This document shows positions 1 to 12,000 of a DNA stretch of 64,000 bases, in pieces. Made by a program: the position numbers and the translations under genes. Position 1 is the first letter of the stretch. Every line of letters begins with the position of its first letter. This DNA is from a bacterium (GTDB taxonomy: Bacteria; UBA8248), in assembly GCA_965219955.1 (NCBI GenBank), contig OZ244799.1:1728001-1792000 (forward strand), read 5' to 3'. Under the pieces are notes generated by a model that was not told where the DNA came from, did not search any database, and saw nothing but the letters and a program-made list of their open reading frames with translations.

Positions 1-1386
1 GACGCCAGAGGCGCGGTATATCGCATCTTCCGTCCATCCCTCCCTGTAGGCGCGGGCGATTGTCCAGAGGCGATCGGGGCCGGGTATACTCAATCCCTGC
101 AAAATCAATTTCTTGCGTTCTTCTTCCGAGAATCCTTCGAGCTCCTGGGGATTGGGGTCCGCCAGGCCGTAGCGGTCGATCTCGAGCGAGCGGACGGCCT
201 TCATGAGCGATTCCCTAAAGGTTCTGCCGATGGACATCACCTCCCCGACCGAGCGCATCTGGGTGTCGAGGACGGGGGGCGTCTCGGGGAATTTCTCGAA
301 CGTGAAGCGCGGTATCTTCGTGACGCAGTAATCGATGGACGGCTCGAAAGAGGCGGGCGTCTGGCGGGTGATGTCGTTGGGTATCTCATCGAGCGTGAGG
401 CCCACGGCGAGCTTGGCGGCTATCTTCGCGATGGGAAAGCCCGTGGCCTTGCTCGCAAGGGCCGAGCTTCGCGACACCCTGGGGTTCATCTCGATGACGA
501 CCATCCGGCCGTCGGTGGGACTCAGGCCGAACTGGATGTTCGAGCCGCCGCACTCGACCCCGACTTTCCGGATGCAGGCGATGGCCGCGTCGCGCATCGT
601 CTGGTATTCGCGGTCGGAGAGCGTCTGCGCGGGGGCGACGGTGATGGAATCGCCCGTGTGGACGCCCATGGGGTCCAAGTTCTCGATGGAGCAGATGATG
701 GAGACGTTGTCCTTCAAGTCCCGCATCACTTCGAGTTCGAACTCCTTCCAGCCCAGGACGCTCTCTTCCAAGAGCACCTGATCCACCGGGCTTTCGGAAA
801 GCGCCCAGGCGAGTTTCTCCTCAAACTCATCCTCGGTGAACGCCACGGCCCCGCCCGAGCCGCCCAGCGTGAAGGCGGGCCGAAGGATAATCGGGAAGCC
901 GATGTCGCGCGCCGCCGTCCAGCCCTCCGTCATCGTGGTGACGACCTCGCTCCGGGGGAGATCCAGACCTATCTCGCGCATCGCCTTCTTGAAGAGGTCC
1001 CTGTCCTCTGCGCAGCGGATGGCGGGCAGCTTCGCGCCGATGAGTTCCACGCCCCAGGCTTCGAGGGCGCCGCTCTCGGCGAGAGCCACCGCCGTGTTCA
1101 GTCCCGTCTGGCCGCCCATGGTGGGCAGCAGGGCGTCGGGGCGCTCTTTCCTGATGATCTCCTCCACCACCCTGGGCGTGATGGGCTCCACGTAGGTGGC
1201 GTCGGCCATCTCGGGGTCGGTCATGATGGTGGCGGGGTTCGAGTTCACCAGCACCACCTCGTAGCCCTCCTCGCGCAGGGCCTTGCACGCCTGCGCGCCC
1301 GAATAGTCGAACTCGCACGCCTGCCCGATGACGATGGGGCCGGAGCCTATGATGAGAATTTTCGATATGTCCGTTCTTTTCGGCAT
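1..1386 (-). CDS. carB: Carbamoyl-phosphate synthase large subunit (runs off left edge)
   Basis: Manual translation from ATG at 1386: [30 protein letters not shown], the canonical CarB N-terminus; downstream of carA; absent from ORF track because it is truncated. Confidence 0.97.
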   Translation of the reverse strand, partial: MPKRTDISKILIIGSGPIVIGQACEFDYSGAQACKALREEGYEVVLVNSNPATIMTDPEMADATYVEPITPRVVEEIIRKERPDALLPTMGGQTGLNTAVALAESGALEAWGVELIGAKLPAIRCAEDRDLFKKAMREIGLDLPRSEVVTTMTEGWTAARDIGFPIILRPAFTLGGSGGAVAFTEDEFEEKLAWALSESPVDQVLLEESVLGWKEFELEVMRDLKDNVSIICSIENLDPMGVHTGDSITVAPAQTLSDREYQTMRDAAIACIRKVGVECGGSNIQFGLSPTDGRMVVIEMNPRVSRSSALASKATGFPIAKIAAKLAVGLTLDEIPNDITRQTPASFEPSIDYCVTKIPRFTFEKFPETPPVLDTQMRSVGEVMSIGRTFRESLMKAVRSLEIDRYGLADPNPQELEGFSEEERKKLILQGLSIPGPDRLWTIARAYREGWTEDAIYRASGV

Positions 1387-1563
1387 GAATCAGGCCACCC
1401 GCTTGAAAATGGAAAATATAAAGGGCGTTTCAAATTCCCGCTGATGAAATCGCCTCCCCGCGCCTCCCGGTTTCCGGGAATGATATGCTTCGGCTGACAA
1501 CTCCTTTTCGCCGGTCAATTCATATTTCTTCTCCGAAACCACGCTCCGCCGCCTGGGTTTTCC

Positions 1564-1980
1564 CACTCCCCCCTTGAGGGGTCTGTTGATAATGCCCACA
1601 CAAGGAGCGCGCTGCCTTTCACTCCCCCCTTGAGGGGGAGTAGCAGAAGCCGAGCGGTTTGTGCGAAGGCTGATGCGTGGGGGGTAAAATGCGTTTTATC
1701 GCCATTCCGGATTATACCCCACCACCGAATCGCTTTCGGGCTTACGCCCTCAACTCTTCGACTCCCCCTCAAGGGGGGAGTGATTTCTTCTCTCTCGTCA
1801 GTTGCCTGAATTCCCAAATTCGCTCCAGGGGGCTTTCAACAGTCCCTCGAGGATCGGGCATCTCCCCTTAGGGATGCCCGACCCTAAGGAAGGGAATCCC
1901 GATCATCATATTATTCACCGTAGGGACAGGCCTCCGTGCCTGTCCTGACGAAGGACAACCACGGAGGGTTGTCCCTACAA
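1564..1980. repeat. Intergenic REP-like cluster (ACTCCCCCTTGAGGGGGAGT family plus GTAGGGACAGGCCTCCGTGCCTGTCC doublet)
   Basis: Palindromic units recur at ~40615, ~43002, ~52021 and in many other intergenic gaps. Confidence 0.85.
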
Positions 1981-2044
1981 AACCATCGCGCCTTGCCGTA
2001 CCTTTCAATTGCTCATCGTCCTTATAAGAATCCGTGCGCATCCC

Positions 2045-3136
2045 TCACTCCCCCACGCAGAAGCTGAAGAACGCATCGAACAGCGCGCCCGCGTCGTGCG
2101 GGCCGGGGCAGGCCTCGGGGTGGTACTGCACGCTGAACACTTTGGGAGATTCGGACCTGAGACCCTCGCAGGTCTTGTCGTTGAGAGACGAATGCGTAAC
2201 CGCCACGCCCGCGGGCAGGCTATCCGGGTCCACGGCGAACGAGTGGTTCTGCGAGGTGATGTCCACCTTTTTCGTGCTCAAATCCTGAACGGGATGGTTC
2301 GCCCCGTGGTGGCCGAATTTTAACTTATACGTCCTCCCGCCCAGGGCCTGTGCGAGGATCTGGTGCCCGAGACAAATGCCCACCACCGGAACCCGGCCCA
2401 TGATCGATTTCACGTTCTCGACGACGTAGCCGAGCGCCGCCGGGTCGCCGGGTCCGTTCGAGAGGAAAACGGCGGCGGGCTTTCTCGCCAGCACGCTCTC
2501 TGCGGTCTCCGAAGCGGGCACGATTTCGAGATCGAACCTTTGGCCCAGTTCCCGGAAAATGTTGTCCTTGGCCCCCAGGTCGTAGGCCACGCAGAGCGGG
2601 CGGCCCTTGCGCTCGCCGTATGCGTGCGCGGCCTCGCAGGTGACGTCGCGCACCATGTCGCGCCCGTCGAGCCCCGGACTCGCCTTGGCGCGCGCGATGA
2701 GGTTTTCTTCGTCCAGATCCGTTGAGGAGAGTATCGCCCGTAGAGCGCCCGCTTCCCGGATGTGGCGCGTGAGCGCGCGCGTGTCGACGCCCTCGATGCC
2801 CGGAACGCCCTGTCTTTTGAGATAGGAATCCAGGTCCTCGTTCGCCCGGAAGTTGCTGTGCCGCCTGCAGACTTCCTTCACGATGAAGGCCTCGACCCAG
2901 GCGCGGCGGGATTCCTCATCGCCGGGGATGACGCCGTAATTCCCGATGTGGGGATACGTCATCACCACCATCTGGCCGCGGTAGGAGGGGTCGGTGAGCA
3001 CCTCCTGGTAGCCCGTCATCGCCGTGTTGAAGACGAGTTCGCCCTCCGCGTCCGCGTCCGCCCCGAAACTTGCGCCCCGGAAGACTCTGCCGTCCTCCAG
3101 GGCCAGGAGCGCCGGTTTGATTTTCCGTCCTCTCAT
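2045..3136 (-). CDS. carA: Carbamoyl-phosphate synthase small subunit
   Basis: LALEDGRVFRG, FNTAMTGYQE, LSNGPGDP, GICLGHQ, VQYHPEA motifs; start MRGRK at 3136 overlaps pyrC stop. Confidence 0.97.
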   Translation of the reverse strand: MRGRKIKPALLALEDGRVFRGASFGADADAEGELVFNTAMTGYQEVLTDPSYRGQMVVMTYPHIGNYGVIPGDEESRRAWVEAFIVKEVCRRHSNFRANEDLDSYLKRQGVPGIEGVDTRALTRHIREAGALRAILSSTDLDEENLIARAKASPGLDGRDMVRDVTCEAAHAYGERKGRPLCVAYDLGAKDNIFRELGQRFDLEIVPASETAESVLARKPAAVFLSNGPGDPAALGYVVENVKSIMGRVPVVGICLGHQILAQALGGRTYKLKFGHHGANHPVQDLSTKKVDITSQNHSFAVDPDSLPAGVAVTHSSLNDKTCEGLRSESPKVFSVQYHPEACPGPHDAGALFDAFFSFCVGE

Positions 3137-4455
3137 GTGGTGAGCGCCTCCTGCCCGCGGATTTTCATTTCGCCTTCGAGCCTGCTCATCCGCACGTCCC
3201 CCCCGACGACCGTGGCGACGGCGCACCCTGTGAGCTTCCAGCCCGCGAAGGGGGTGTTCCTGCCGTTGCTCTCGAAGGCGTCGGGGTCGACGGTGATTTC
3301 GCGCCCGGGGTCCAGGATCGTCACGTCGCCCGGAGCGCCCTCTTTGAGCGTGCCGTGGGGCAGCCCGAGCACCTCGCACGGCCCCGCCGTGAATTTGGCG
3401 ATCATCTCGGGCAATGTGAGCACGCCCCCGTCCACGAGCCTGTCCAGCGCGAGCGACACGGCCGTCTCCAGCCCCACGATCCCGAACGGCACGGCGTCGA
3501 ACTCCCTTTGGGTCTCCGCCTCGTAGTGCGGCGCGTGATCGGACGCGATGGCGGATATCGTGCCGTCTTTCAGGCCCTCCAGCAGCGCCGCCCTGTTCGC
3601 CTCGTCCCGCAGCGGAGGCGCCATCTTGGCGGCCGAGTCGAAGCCGTGAATCACCTCGTCCGTAAGGGAGAAATGGTGCGGCGTCACCTCCGCCGTCACG
3701 CGGACCCCGCGCGCCCGCGCCTCCCGCACCAGGTCCACCGCGCCCGCGGAGGAGATATGCAGGATGTGGAGCCTGCCGCCGGTCAACTCCGCCAGGCGGA
3801 TGTCGCGGTAGACGCAGATGTCCTCGCTCGCCGCCGGGTTGCCAGCGAGGCCGAGCAGGGTGGAGACCGCCCCCTCGTTCATCACCTTGCCGCCCGAGAG
3901 CGACATGTCCTCCGCGTGGTCGAGCACGCTCACGCCGAGCATGCCGGCGTATTCCAGGGCCGCGCGCATCAGCGCCGCCGTCCTGACGGGCACACCGTCG
4001 TCGCTGAAGGCCACCGCGCCCGCCTCTATCTGCTCGGCCATCTCGCTCAGTTCTTCGCCCTCGAGGCCCACCGAGACCGAGCCGACCGGGAACACGCGGC
4101 AGGCGCCCACCTCGCGCGCGCGCTTGAGTATCCGCTCGGTGATGGAGCTCGTATCGTTCACCGGGTCGGTGTTCGCCATGCACGCCACGCCGGTGAAGCC
4201 GCCCGCGGCGGCGGCGCGGGTGCCGCTCTCGATGTCTTCCTTGTACTCCTGCCCCGGTTCGCGGAAATGGACGTGCATGTCGATGAACCCGGGCGCGACG
4301 ACGAGTCCTTCCGCTTCAATAATCTCATCCCCGCCGCGCGGCAGGATGTTCTTCTTCCTGTGGGCGACCTTTCCCTCCTCGATCAGGATGTCGCATTTCT
4401 CATCGACGCCGTCCGCGGGGTCGATGAGGCGTCCTCCCTTAATGAGCAACGGCAT
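3133..4455 (-). CDS. pyrC: Dihydroorotase
   Basis: [27 protein letters not shown]; pyr operon context. Confidence 0.96.
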   Translation of the reverse strand: MPLLIKGGRLIDPADGVDEKCDILIEEGKVAHRKKNILPRGGDEIIEAEGLVVAPGFIDMHVHFREPGQEYKEDIESGTRAAAAGGFTGVACMANTDPVNDTSSITERILKRAREVGACRVFPVGSVSVGLEGEELSEMAEQIEAGAVAFSDDGVPVRTAALMRAALEYAGMLGVSVLDHAEDMSLSGGKVMNEGAVSTLLGLAGNPAASEDICVYRDIRLAELTGGRLHILHISSAGAVDLVREARARGVRVTAEVTPHHFSLTDEVIHGFDSAAKMAPPLRDEANRAALLEGLKDGTISAIASDHAPHYEAETQREFDAVPFGIVGLETAVSLALDRLVDGGVLTLPEMIAKFTAGPCEVLGLPHGTLKEGAPGDVTILDPGREITVDPDAFESNGRNTPFAGWKLTGCAVATVVGGDVRMSRLEGEMKIRGQEALTT

Positions 4456-5458
4456 CTCGCACCTCCTCCCGCGATTTTTCAGGCTCCGCGGCGTCCGCCC
4501 CCTCCGTCGCCGCATCCCCCGGCTCCTCTTCTTTTTTCACCGAGAGGAGGTAGAGGATCGCCATGCGGCAGGCGACGCCGTATTCGACCTGCTCCAGGAT
4601 GACGGAGAACGGCCCGTCGGCCACGTCGGGGGACATCTCCACGCCCCGGTTGATGGGTCCGGGGTGCATGATGAGCAGGTCCCGCTTCGCCCCCTGGAGC
4701 TTCTTCTTGGTGATCCCGTAGGTGTTGGCGTATTCGCGCGCGCTGGGGAAGGCGCTCCCCGCGCCCCTTTCGAGCTGGATCCGGAGCGCGATGAGCACGT
4801 CCGCCCCGTCGATGGCCTCATCGAGCCGCGTCGTCACGCGCGCGCCGAGGCAGTCGACCTCGGCGGGCAGCATCGTGGAGGGGCCGCAGAAGGTGACGTT
4901 CGCGCCCAGCTTCAGGAGGCCGGCCACGTTCGAGCGCGCCACGCGGCTGTGCGCGATGTCCCCCACGACCGAGACGTTCAGGCCCTTGAACTTCTCCTTG
5001 TGCTCCCGGATGGTGTAGAGGTCGAGCAGCGCCTGCGTGGGATGCTCGTGGCAGCCGTCGCCCGCGTTCACGACGGCGCAGTCGAGCTCCCTCCCCAGAT
5101 AGGCGGGCGCGCCCGACGCCCAGTGCCGCACGACGAGCACGTCGGTGGCCATCGCCTCGATGTTCCTCGCCGTGTCGCGCAGGGTTTCCCCCTTGGCCGC
5201 CGAACTCGTGGAGACCGAGAGGTTGATGACGTCCGCCGAGAGGCGCTTGCCCGCGATCTCGAACGAGGCGCGCGTGCGCGTGCTGTTCTCGAAGAACAGG
5301 TTGACGATGGTCTTTCCCCGCAGCGTGGGCACTTTCTTGATGTCGCGCTCGTTGATCTCGCGGAACGAGTCGGTCTGATCGAGCAGGAACGTGATTTCCC
5401 CGGGCTCGAGTTCGCGGATCGAGAGCAAATCCTTCCTTCGGTATGTCTCCATGTTCAT
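4439..5458 (-). CDS. pyrB: Aspartate carbamoyltransferase catalytic subunit
   Basis: [32 protein letters not shown]. Confidence 0.97.
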   Translation of the reverse strand: MNMETYRRKDLLSIRELEPGEITFLLDQTDSFREINERDIKKVPTLRGKTIVNLFFENSTRTRASFEIAGKRLSADVINLSVSTSSAAKGETLRDTARNIEAMATDVLVVRHWASGAPAYLGRELDCAVVNAGDGCHEHPTQALLDLYTIREHKEKFKGLNVSVVGDIAHSRVARSNVAGLLKLGANVTFCGPSTMLPAEVDCLGARVTTRLDEAIDGADVLIALRIQLERGAGSAFPSAREYANTYGITKKKLQGAKRDLLIMHPGPINRGVEMSPDVADGPFSVILEQVEYGVACRMAILYLLSVKKEEEPGDAATEGADAAEPEKSREEVRDAVAH

Positions 5459-5494
5459 ATCCCCCCCCTGTAACGCCCGGGCCACCGGGCATAT

Positions 5495-6016
5495 TTATCG
5501 CTTGAAAACGGCATCCTGGCCGTCGGTCTCCTCCAGATGCACCCGCACCTCCTCGGGATGGACCGCCTCGATGTTCTTCCCGACGAAATCGGCGCGGATG
5601 GGCAGTTCGCGTCCTCCCCTGTCCACCAGGATGGCGAGCCGCACCCTCCGGGGGCGGCCGAAGCCCACGAGCGCGGCCAAGGCGGCGCGCGCCGTGCGGC
5701 CCGTGTAGAGCACGTCGTCGACCAAAACGACGTCCTTGCCCTCGCACGAGAAGGGGAGGTCCGTTTTCTTGAGGCTGGTTCTCACCCCGCCCGCCTGGTT
5801 CAGGTCGTCGCGGTAGAGCGTCACGTCGAGCGCGCCCACGAGCGGATGCACGCCCACGAGAGACTGGAGTTCCCGGGCCAGCCTCTCCGCGAGAGGCACG
5901 CCCCTCGTGCGGACCCCGATGAACACCAGGTCCGACAGATCGGCCGTTCGCTCGATAATCTCATGCGAGAGGCGCCTCAGGGTGCGCCTCAGCTGCTCGG
6001 CGTCGAGTTGTTTCAT
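5495..6016 (-). CDS. pyrR: Pyrimidine operon attenuation protein / uracil PRTase
   Basis: LDVTLYRDD, VLVDDVLYTGRT, DRGGRELPIRADFVGKN. Confidence 0.96.
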   Translation of the reverse strand: MKQLDAEQLRRTLRRLSHEIIERTADLSDLVFIGVRTRGVPLAERLARELQSLVGVHPLVGALDVTLYRDDLNQAGGVRTSLKKTDLPFSCEGKDVVLVDDVLYTGRTARAALAALVGFGRPRRVRLAILVDRGGRELPIRADFVGKNIEAVHPEEVRVHLEETDGQDAVFKR

Positions 6017-6064
6017 CGTCAAAGCGAAACCCGGCCTTCGGGCGGTTGCTCGTCAAAAAGGAAC

Positions 6065-6170
6065 AAAAAAAACTCCATGCCCACAGGGCATGGAGTTCCG
6101 GGAAAAGGCGAGAGAATGGCAAGCATCCGCGTTTCCTCCTTCGCCGCCTCACGGGACGACATTAAAGGGG
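6065..6170 (-). promoter_or_regulatory. PyrR-binding attenuator leader with intrinsic terminator
   Basis: Minus strand CCTTTAA-TGTC-GTCCCGTGAGGC-GGCG-AAGG matches the PyrR binding loop consensus; followed by 12-bp hairpin 6071-6097 and a U run. Confidence 0.9.
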
Positions 6171-6267
6171 AATTTCTATGTCACCATGTCATTTCCGCCC
6201 GGCGATGCATGCAACCGGGAAGTTCCGGTAAAACTAGCAGTCTTTCCGGGAAAGAGCAAGGGCGGAC

Positions 6268-6582
6268 TCAGGAGCGCTTCAAAAAATCCATCGGCGCGCC
6301 CGAGAGGCTCTCCCTCTCATCGAGAGCGTGGGCGGACTCCTCCAGTACCTCGAAGAGGCCGGAGGCGTCTTTTTTCGACAAATTGCGCCTCGCCTCCCCC
6401 AATACGCGGATGCGCAGGGTCTTGTTCTCGAGCCTGAGCCTCAGCACATCCCCGATTTCCACCCGGGAAGAGGCTTTGGCCGTTTTTCCCTCGATTTCCA
6501 CCGCACCCGTATCCGCCATGCTTTTGGCGAGGGGACGGCGCTTGACCAGACGGCTGTAGCGCAAAAACTGGTCGAGGCGCAT
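6268..6582 (-). CDS. S4-domain RNA-binding protein (Hsp15/RqcP-like)
   Basis: MRLDQFLRYSRLVKRRPLAK...AKASSRVEIGD. Confidence 0.88.
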   Translation of the reverse strand: MRLDQFLRYSRLVKRRPLAKSMADTGAVEIEGKTAKASSRVEIGDVLRLRLENKTLRIRVLGEARRNLSKKDASGLFEVLEESAHALDERESLSGAPMDFLKRS

Positions 6583-6591
6583 TTTACGTCA

Positions 6592-8097
6592 TCATTGGGT
6601 GATTTCTTTGGGATCCGCCACGATGCTGCGCGTCTTCTGGACCTCCACCTCGAAATCGAGCCGCGCGGCCTTGTTGTCCGTTTCGAAGGACATTTTCTTC
6701 GCCCCGGCTTTCTGCTCTTCGCCGCCGCCTTTCGACTGATCCGAGAACGCCTTGATCATATCCGCAAAGCTGATTTTGCCGATATACGAGTCGGGCAGCA
6801 GGTACACGTAGCGGAACAAATAGAGATTCGCCGAAGGATCGGGATTCACGAACAGCCGGTTCCCCGCCTCGAGGGCCCCGATGACGTCTTTCCCCACAGC
6901 GGCCCCCTCGCCCACTGTCACCCTGCCCGATTTCCAGCGGGGCTTGTCCCTGTTCGAGCCGTAGGCCCACAAAACCCTGTCCCGCCCGAACAACCCCCCG
7001 CGTTGTTTGAGCTTGATGCCGACCAGCCTGAAGCTAATCTGCTCGCGAACGTCCTTGAACACGGAAGACAAGCCGCCGGGCGTAGCGACGGGGTCGTAGC
7101 TGATTTCGAGAAAAGCGGCTCTTTTGAGTTCCGTTATCCACTCGCGGCGTCTCTTGGTGAATTTTTCCTTGAAGAGTTTGTCGCGGATCCTGCCGGACAC
7201 CCTGTCGAGGGTAATCACAGTCCCCGGCTTCACCTCATCGACGTGGATGACGTGAAAGCCCACCCTCGTTCTCGTCGGCTTGCTCGTCTCACCCTTCGCC
7301 GTCGAGAAAATGAGTTGTTCGAGTTCGGGGAAAACCTCGCCTTTCTTCACGGAGCCCAAAGCGCCGCCCCGGCTTCGGGCGGGACCTTCGGAATACTTCT
7401 CGGCCAACCGGGGGAAATCAGCACCCGGCTTCGTGGCCTCCTCGTATGCGAGGTCCGCTTTTTTGCGCTGCGCTTCGATTTCCGCGGCGGAGGCGGCCTT
7501 GTCCACGGGAAAGAAAATCTGCCGCACCGTCCGGTGCTCGGCCTCACGGTAGTCATCGGAATGCGCGTCGTAATAATCCGCTATTTCCTGATCCACCACC
7601 GAGACGCGCACGCCGACTTCCATGTTCTCCACTTTTCGCGCCAGCAGCTTCTTGCGAAGCTCATCGCGGTATTTCTCCATCGTCATTCCCTGCGAATCCA
7701 AAAAGGCGCGCAGTCCGGCCGTCGTCGTCTTGTTCTGGCGAAGTATGCCCGCGACCGCGTTTTCAACCTCTTTTTCGCTGACGTTCAGTTCGAGAGCAGA
7801 GGAGCGTTTCAAGATGAGTTTGCTCTGGATCATGGCGTCGAGCGCCTCGAGTTCGAGTTCGCGAATCCGCCGGTTCAGCTGCTCTCCCCTGTAATTCCTC
7901 CTCAACTCGTCGACGCGCGGTTTCACGAATTCCTGAAGTTCCGAAAGCATGATGATGTCATCGTCAACCTTCGCGATGATTCTCTCGATCGTCACGGCGG
8001 AGGCGGCCGCCGGGGCGGTGGCCGCCGGAAGGAGCCCGCCCGCCAGGGCGAAAAGCGCAATCGCCAGAACGCAAAACCGCCTAGCCCGATACGACAT
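6592..8097 (-). CDS. SurA-like parvulin peptidyl-prolyl isomerase with C-terminal extension
   Basis: Signal peptide, ERIIAKVDDDIIMLSEL SurA N-domain, LAEKYSEG...GGALG...GFHVI rotamase domain. Confidence 0.85.
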   Translation of the reverse strand: MSYRARRFCVLAIALFALAGGLLPAATAPAAASAVTIERIIAKVDDDIIMLSELQEFVKPRVDELRRNYRGEQLNRRIRELELEALDAMIQSKLILKRSSALELNVSEKEVENAVAGILRQNKTTTAGLRAFLDSQGMTMEKYRDELRKKLLARKVENMEVGVRVSVVDQEIADYYDAHSDDYREAEHRTVRQIFFPVDKAASAAEIEAQRKKADLAYEEATKPGADFPRLAEKYSEGPARSRGGALGSVKKGEVFPELEQLIFSTAKGETSKPTRTRVGFHVIHVDEVKPGTVITLDRVSGRIRDKLFKEKFTKRRREWITELKRAAFLEISYDPVATPGGLSSVFKDVREQISFRLVGIKLKQRGGLFGRDRVLWAYGSNRDKPRWKSGRVTVGEGAAVGKDVIGALEAGNRLFVNPDPSANLYLFRYVYLLPDSYIGKISFADMIKAFSDQSKGGGEEQKAGAKKMSFETDNKAARLDFEVEVQKTRSIVADPKEITQ

Positions 8098-9064
8098 TTT
8101 CAAGATTTTCCGGATAATATTTGATTTTTGCATTTCGCTTGAGTTCTCCGAGCCAACTCTCGAGCCGCGCTCTTCCCTTGTCGGCCAGCAACCGTTTCTT
8201 GATGTTCTCCTTCACGGACGCCAAAGTTTTCTGGAACGGCAGCCTTCTCTCCGAAACCTCCAGAAGATGGAAACCCGCCGGGCTCCTGACGACCCGGCTC
8301 ACCTCGTTCAAGTTCAATGATTCCACCACGTTCTCGATGTTTTCGGGTAGTTCTCCCTGCTGGAAATAACCGAGATCGCCCCCGATGCTGCTTTCGGGGC
8401 CGATGGAATGTTTCTGCGCCAAAGACGCAAACGATTTCCCATCGAGAAGAAGCTTTCTCAACCGGGAAGCCAGTTTAGCCGAAGGGACGACGATTTGGCG
8501 AACACGCAGGCGCCTTCCGACCCGGAATTTCTCCTTGTTGAGGTTGTAGTAATCCTCTATCTCCGAGTCTGAGACCTTCAGCTTCGAATACACTTCCTTT
8601 TCCAGAAGATGTTCAATCTCTAGCGTCTCGCGCATCGTCTTGAGCCAAAACTCCTCGTCGACCCCCTGGTCCTTCATGATGGTATTCAAATCCACCTGGC
8701 CATATTGGCGGCGAATGAATTCGACGAAGCGCTTCACTTTCCCCTCGCTCACATATTCGCCCGTCTCCCGGAAACGCTGGAGCAGGAGGCGTCTTTCCAC
8801 GAGTTGATCCAGCAGAACCCTGGATATGGATATTTCGGCTTTACCCTCCATTCCCTGCTCCCCACGCGCCATGTAATGCGCGCGGACGTCCTGCCGGGTA
8901 ATCGGCTCCCCGTTCACCTGCGCCAGCAGGGCTCCTTTTTTCTCGCTGTTCGTCTGAAACGAAGAATCACAACCCGCCGCGATGAGCAACGCCACCCAAC
9001 AAGCCCACGCCCACCGGGTTCGACCGCCTCGAATCAGACGCCGCGCGCTCCTTTCATTTTCCAT
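8081..9064 (-). CDS. Parvulin-type PPIase lipoprotein (PrsA-like)
   Basis: Lipobox IAAGC; LAQVNGEPIT; LAQKHSIG...GGDLGYF...GFHLL. Confidence 0.85.
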   Translation of the reverse strand: MENERSARRLIRGGRTRWAWACWVALLIAAGCDSSFQTNSEKKGALLAQVNGEPITRQDVRAHYMARGEQGMEGKAEISISRVLLDQLVERRLLLQRFRETGEYVSEGKVKRFVEFIRRQYGQVDLNTIMKDQGVDEEFWLKTMRETLEIEHLLEKEVYSKLKVSDSEIEDYYNLNKEKFRVGRRLRVRQIVVPSAKLASRLRKLLLDGKSFASLAQKHSIGPESSIGGDLGYFQQGELPENIENVVESLNLNEVSRVVRSPAGFHLLEVSERRLPFQKTLASVKENIKKRLLADKGRARLESWLGELKRNAKIKYYPENLENVVSG

Positions 9065-9074
9065 GATGAGAGCC

Positions 9075-12000
9075 TCATGCTCCTTCCGCCGCCAACTCGC
9101 CTTCGGAAACCTTGCACACTTCCAAAGCATCCAGCACCTGAACGAGAAAGTCAAAATCCTCCGGCCAGCGCCCGCTGATGCTCGCGCGGAAAGCATGCGC
9201 GTCGGTGAAGACCATGCCCGGCATATCGAGGAAAGCGGCCGTCAACTCATAGTCGCCCGGAAAAATCTCCATTTGCGCCTCCTTCCCGCGAACGTGGAGG
9301 GATTTGATTCCGCAATGGCGGGCGCGCAAGCGGATTTCCCCCAGTTGCAGAAGGTGGAGGGCCCGCACCGGCATGGCTCCGTATTTATCCTGTAGCTCCA
9401 CGCCCAGTTCCCTCAATTCCACCGGCTCCTGCGCCGATGCGATTCGGCGATATACGTCGAGCCGCTCGGCCTGGGCCGGAATCCAGGAAGGAGGCAGCGT
9501 GCCGGTCACCGGCGCGACGATCTCGGGTTCACGGCGCTCGACGGCCTCGCCCTTGGCCTCCTGCACGACTTCCTCCAGAAGGCGGCAATACATGTCGAAC
9601 CCCACCGCCGCGATTTGCCCCGATTGCCGATGCCCGAGCAAGTGGCCTGCGCCGCGAATCTCCAGATCGCGCATGGCCAGCTTGAAGCCGGCTCCCAGTT
9701 CGCTCAACTCCTCCAGGGCCTGGAGGCGTTCTCTGGCCTGCTTCGTCAGGGAGCCGGCACCCGAGACCAGAAGGTAGGCGTGCGCCTGGAACCTGTCGCG
9801 CCCCACGCGGCCGCGCAACTGGTATAGCTGCGCCATGCCGAACGTGTCCGCCCGGTTGATCACGATCGTGTTGACCGAGGGGATGTCCAGGCCGCTTTCG
9901 ATGATCGTGGTGCAAAGCAGCACGTCGGCCCTTCGGGTCACGAACTGCTCCATCACCTCTTCGAGCTCTCTTTCCTTCATCTGGCCGTGACCCACCAGGA
10001 TTCGCGCGTCGGGCGCCAGCTTCTGCAGGAGCCGCCGCATGGCGGGGAGGCTCTGCACGCGGTTGTGCACGAAAAACGCCTGCCCTCCCCGGTCGATTTC
10101 CTTGGTGATGGCGTCTTTGATGAGTTTTTCGCTGAAGCGCGAGATATACGTGCGCGGCGCGACCCTGTGGCGCGGGGGCGTTTCGATGACGCTCAGGTCG
10201 CGCGTTCCCGAGAGCGCCATCTCCAGGGTCCGGGGAATGGGCGTTGCGGTGAGCGTCAGAACGTCCACGTTGACACGGAGCTTCTTGAGCTTCTCCTTGT
10301 GGGAAACGCCGAAGCGGTGTTCCTCGTCGATCACCAACAGCCCCAGATCGCGAAACGACACGTCTTTTTGCAACAGCCGGTGGGTGCCGATAACGATGTC
10401 CACACGCCCGGCGGAGAGCCCCTCCACCACCACGTTCTGTTCTTTTCTGCTCCTGAAGCGCGAGAGCATCTCCACGTGAACCGGCAGCGATTCGAAGCGC
10501 TTTCGAAAGGTGTCCCAATGCTGGTGCGCCAGCAGGGTGGTCGGCACGATGACGGCGACCTGCTTGCCCGCCGAAATCGCCCGGGCGGCGGCTCTGAGCG
10601 CAACTTCCGTCTTTCCGTACCCTACATCCCCGCAGATGAGGCGATCCATCGGTCGGGCGCGCTCCATATCCTCCAGCACGACGCGAATGGCCTGTTCCTG
10701 ATCGGGCGTTTCCTCGAACCCGAAGCCGGCGGATATCTCATGATCGAAAGCGCCTTCCGCCGAAAAGGCATGCCCCTCGGCGGCGCTTCGCTCCGAATAC
10801 AAACGCACCAGATCGCGGGCGATTCCCTGAAGCGATTTCTTGACGTTGTTCTTCGTCTTGTTCCAGCGGTTTCCGCCCAGCTTGTCGAGAGGCGGCCCGA
10901 TTCCGCCTCCCCGGTATTTGTGGATGCGCTCGACGTCGTCCATCGGGACGTAGAGTTTGTCGCCTCCCGCATACTGGAGGGTGAGAAATTCGTTCTCACC
11001 GTCGAGATGCTCGATGACGCGCGTACCCATATAGCGGCCCACGCCGTGCTCCACGTGCACCACGAGGTCGTTTTCATTCAGGTCCTTGAAGCCCTCGCCG
11101 GGCTTCGATTGCGGGAGGCGCCGTGAATCCCGGCCCAAAGCGCCGACCAGCAGGTCCTGCGCGCGAAAGAACACCCGATGCTCTTCGGGCAGCCGGAAGC
11201 CGGCGCCGAGTTTCCCTACCGCCAGAACGACGTCGTGACGCCCGTCGATGAGCGAGGCGCCCTCGGGCAAAATTTCCACGCCCACCTCATGCTCGCGCAA
11301 CAGCGCCTGTATCCTGAGCGCGAGGGTCCTCTCCTCCGCAACGATGACGACGCTGTCATTCTCCCGGCGCCATGAACGCAGCTGGCCGACGAACGCCTCC
11401 ACCCGCCCCCGGAAGGGGTTGATGTTTTCCGCGCGCAAGGCCCCGCCCGCCTCGAAGCCATTATTGGGATCCGGGGCGTCCAGTCCCAGCGAATCGAACT
11501 CGAGGCGCGGCCAGATGGAGAGTTCCTCGCGAATTTCCTCCGGCGCGAGCCACAAGCGCACGGGCGCGAAGGAGACGAGGCCCCTTTCGGGCGCAAGACG
11601 CGCCTCCTCGTTCACTTCGTCCCACATCTTCTCCATCGCTTCATCGAGGGTTTCCGCCTCGTTCAAAATCCAAAGCGCGCTTCCGGGCGCCACGTCGAAC
11701 AAGGTCGTCATGTCGGACAGGAACATGGGCGCGAGACCCTCCGCCCCCGAAAAATACCCGTCCTCTTCCAGGTATTCGAGAAGGCGTTCGACCCGTTCAC
11801 TCGTTTCCGGCCCACCGGCTTCCGAAAGGGCGCGGCGGCCCCTCTCCCGTTCTTCCGGGGAGAAAACAATCTCTTTCGATGGAAAGACGTCCACGCTTTG
11901 CAGCGTGTCCAGGTTCCGCTGCGTCTGGGGATTGAAGTTTCTGAGGGAGTCGATTTCATCCCCGCGAAACTCCAGGCGCGTCGGATACGCGTTCTGGGGG

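Noticed and set aside
2045-4183. 712-aa ORF as a CarA fusion
   Set aside because: The N-terminal half is an off-frame overlap of pyrC; CarA starts at 3136.
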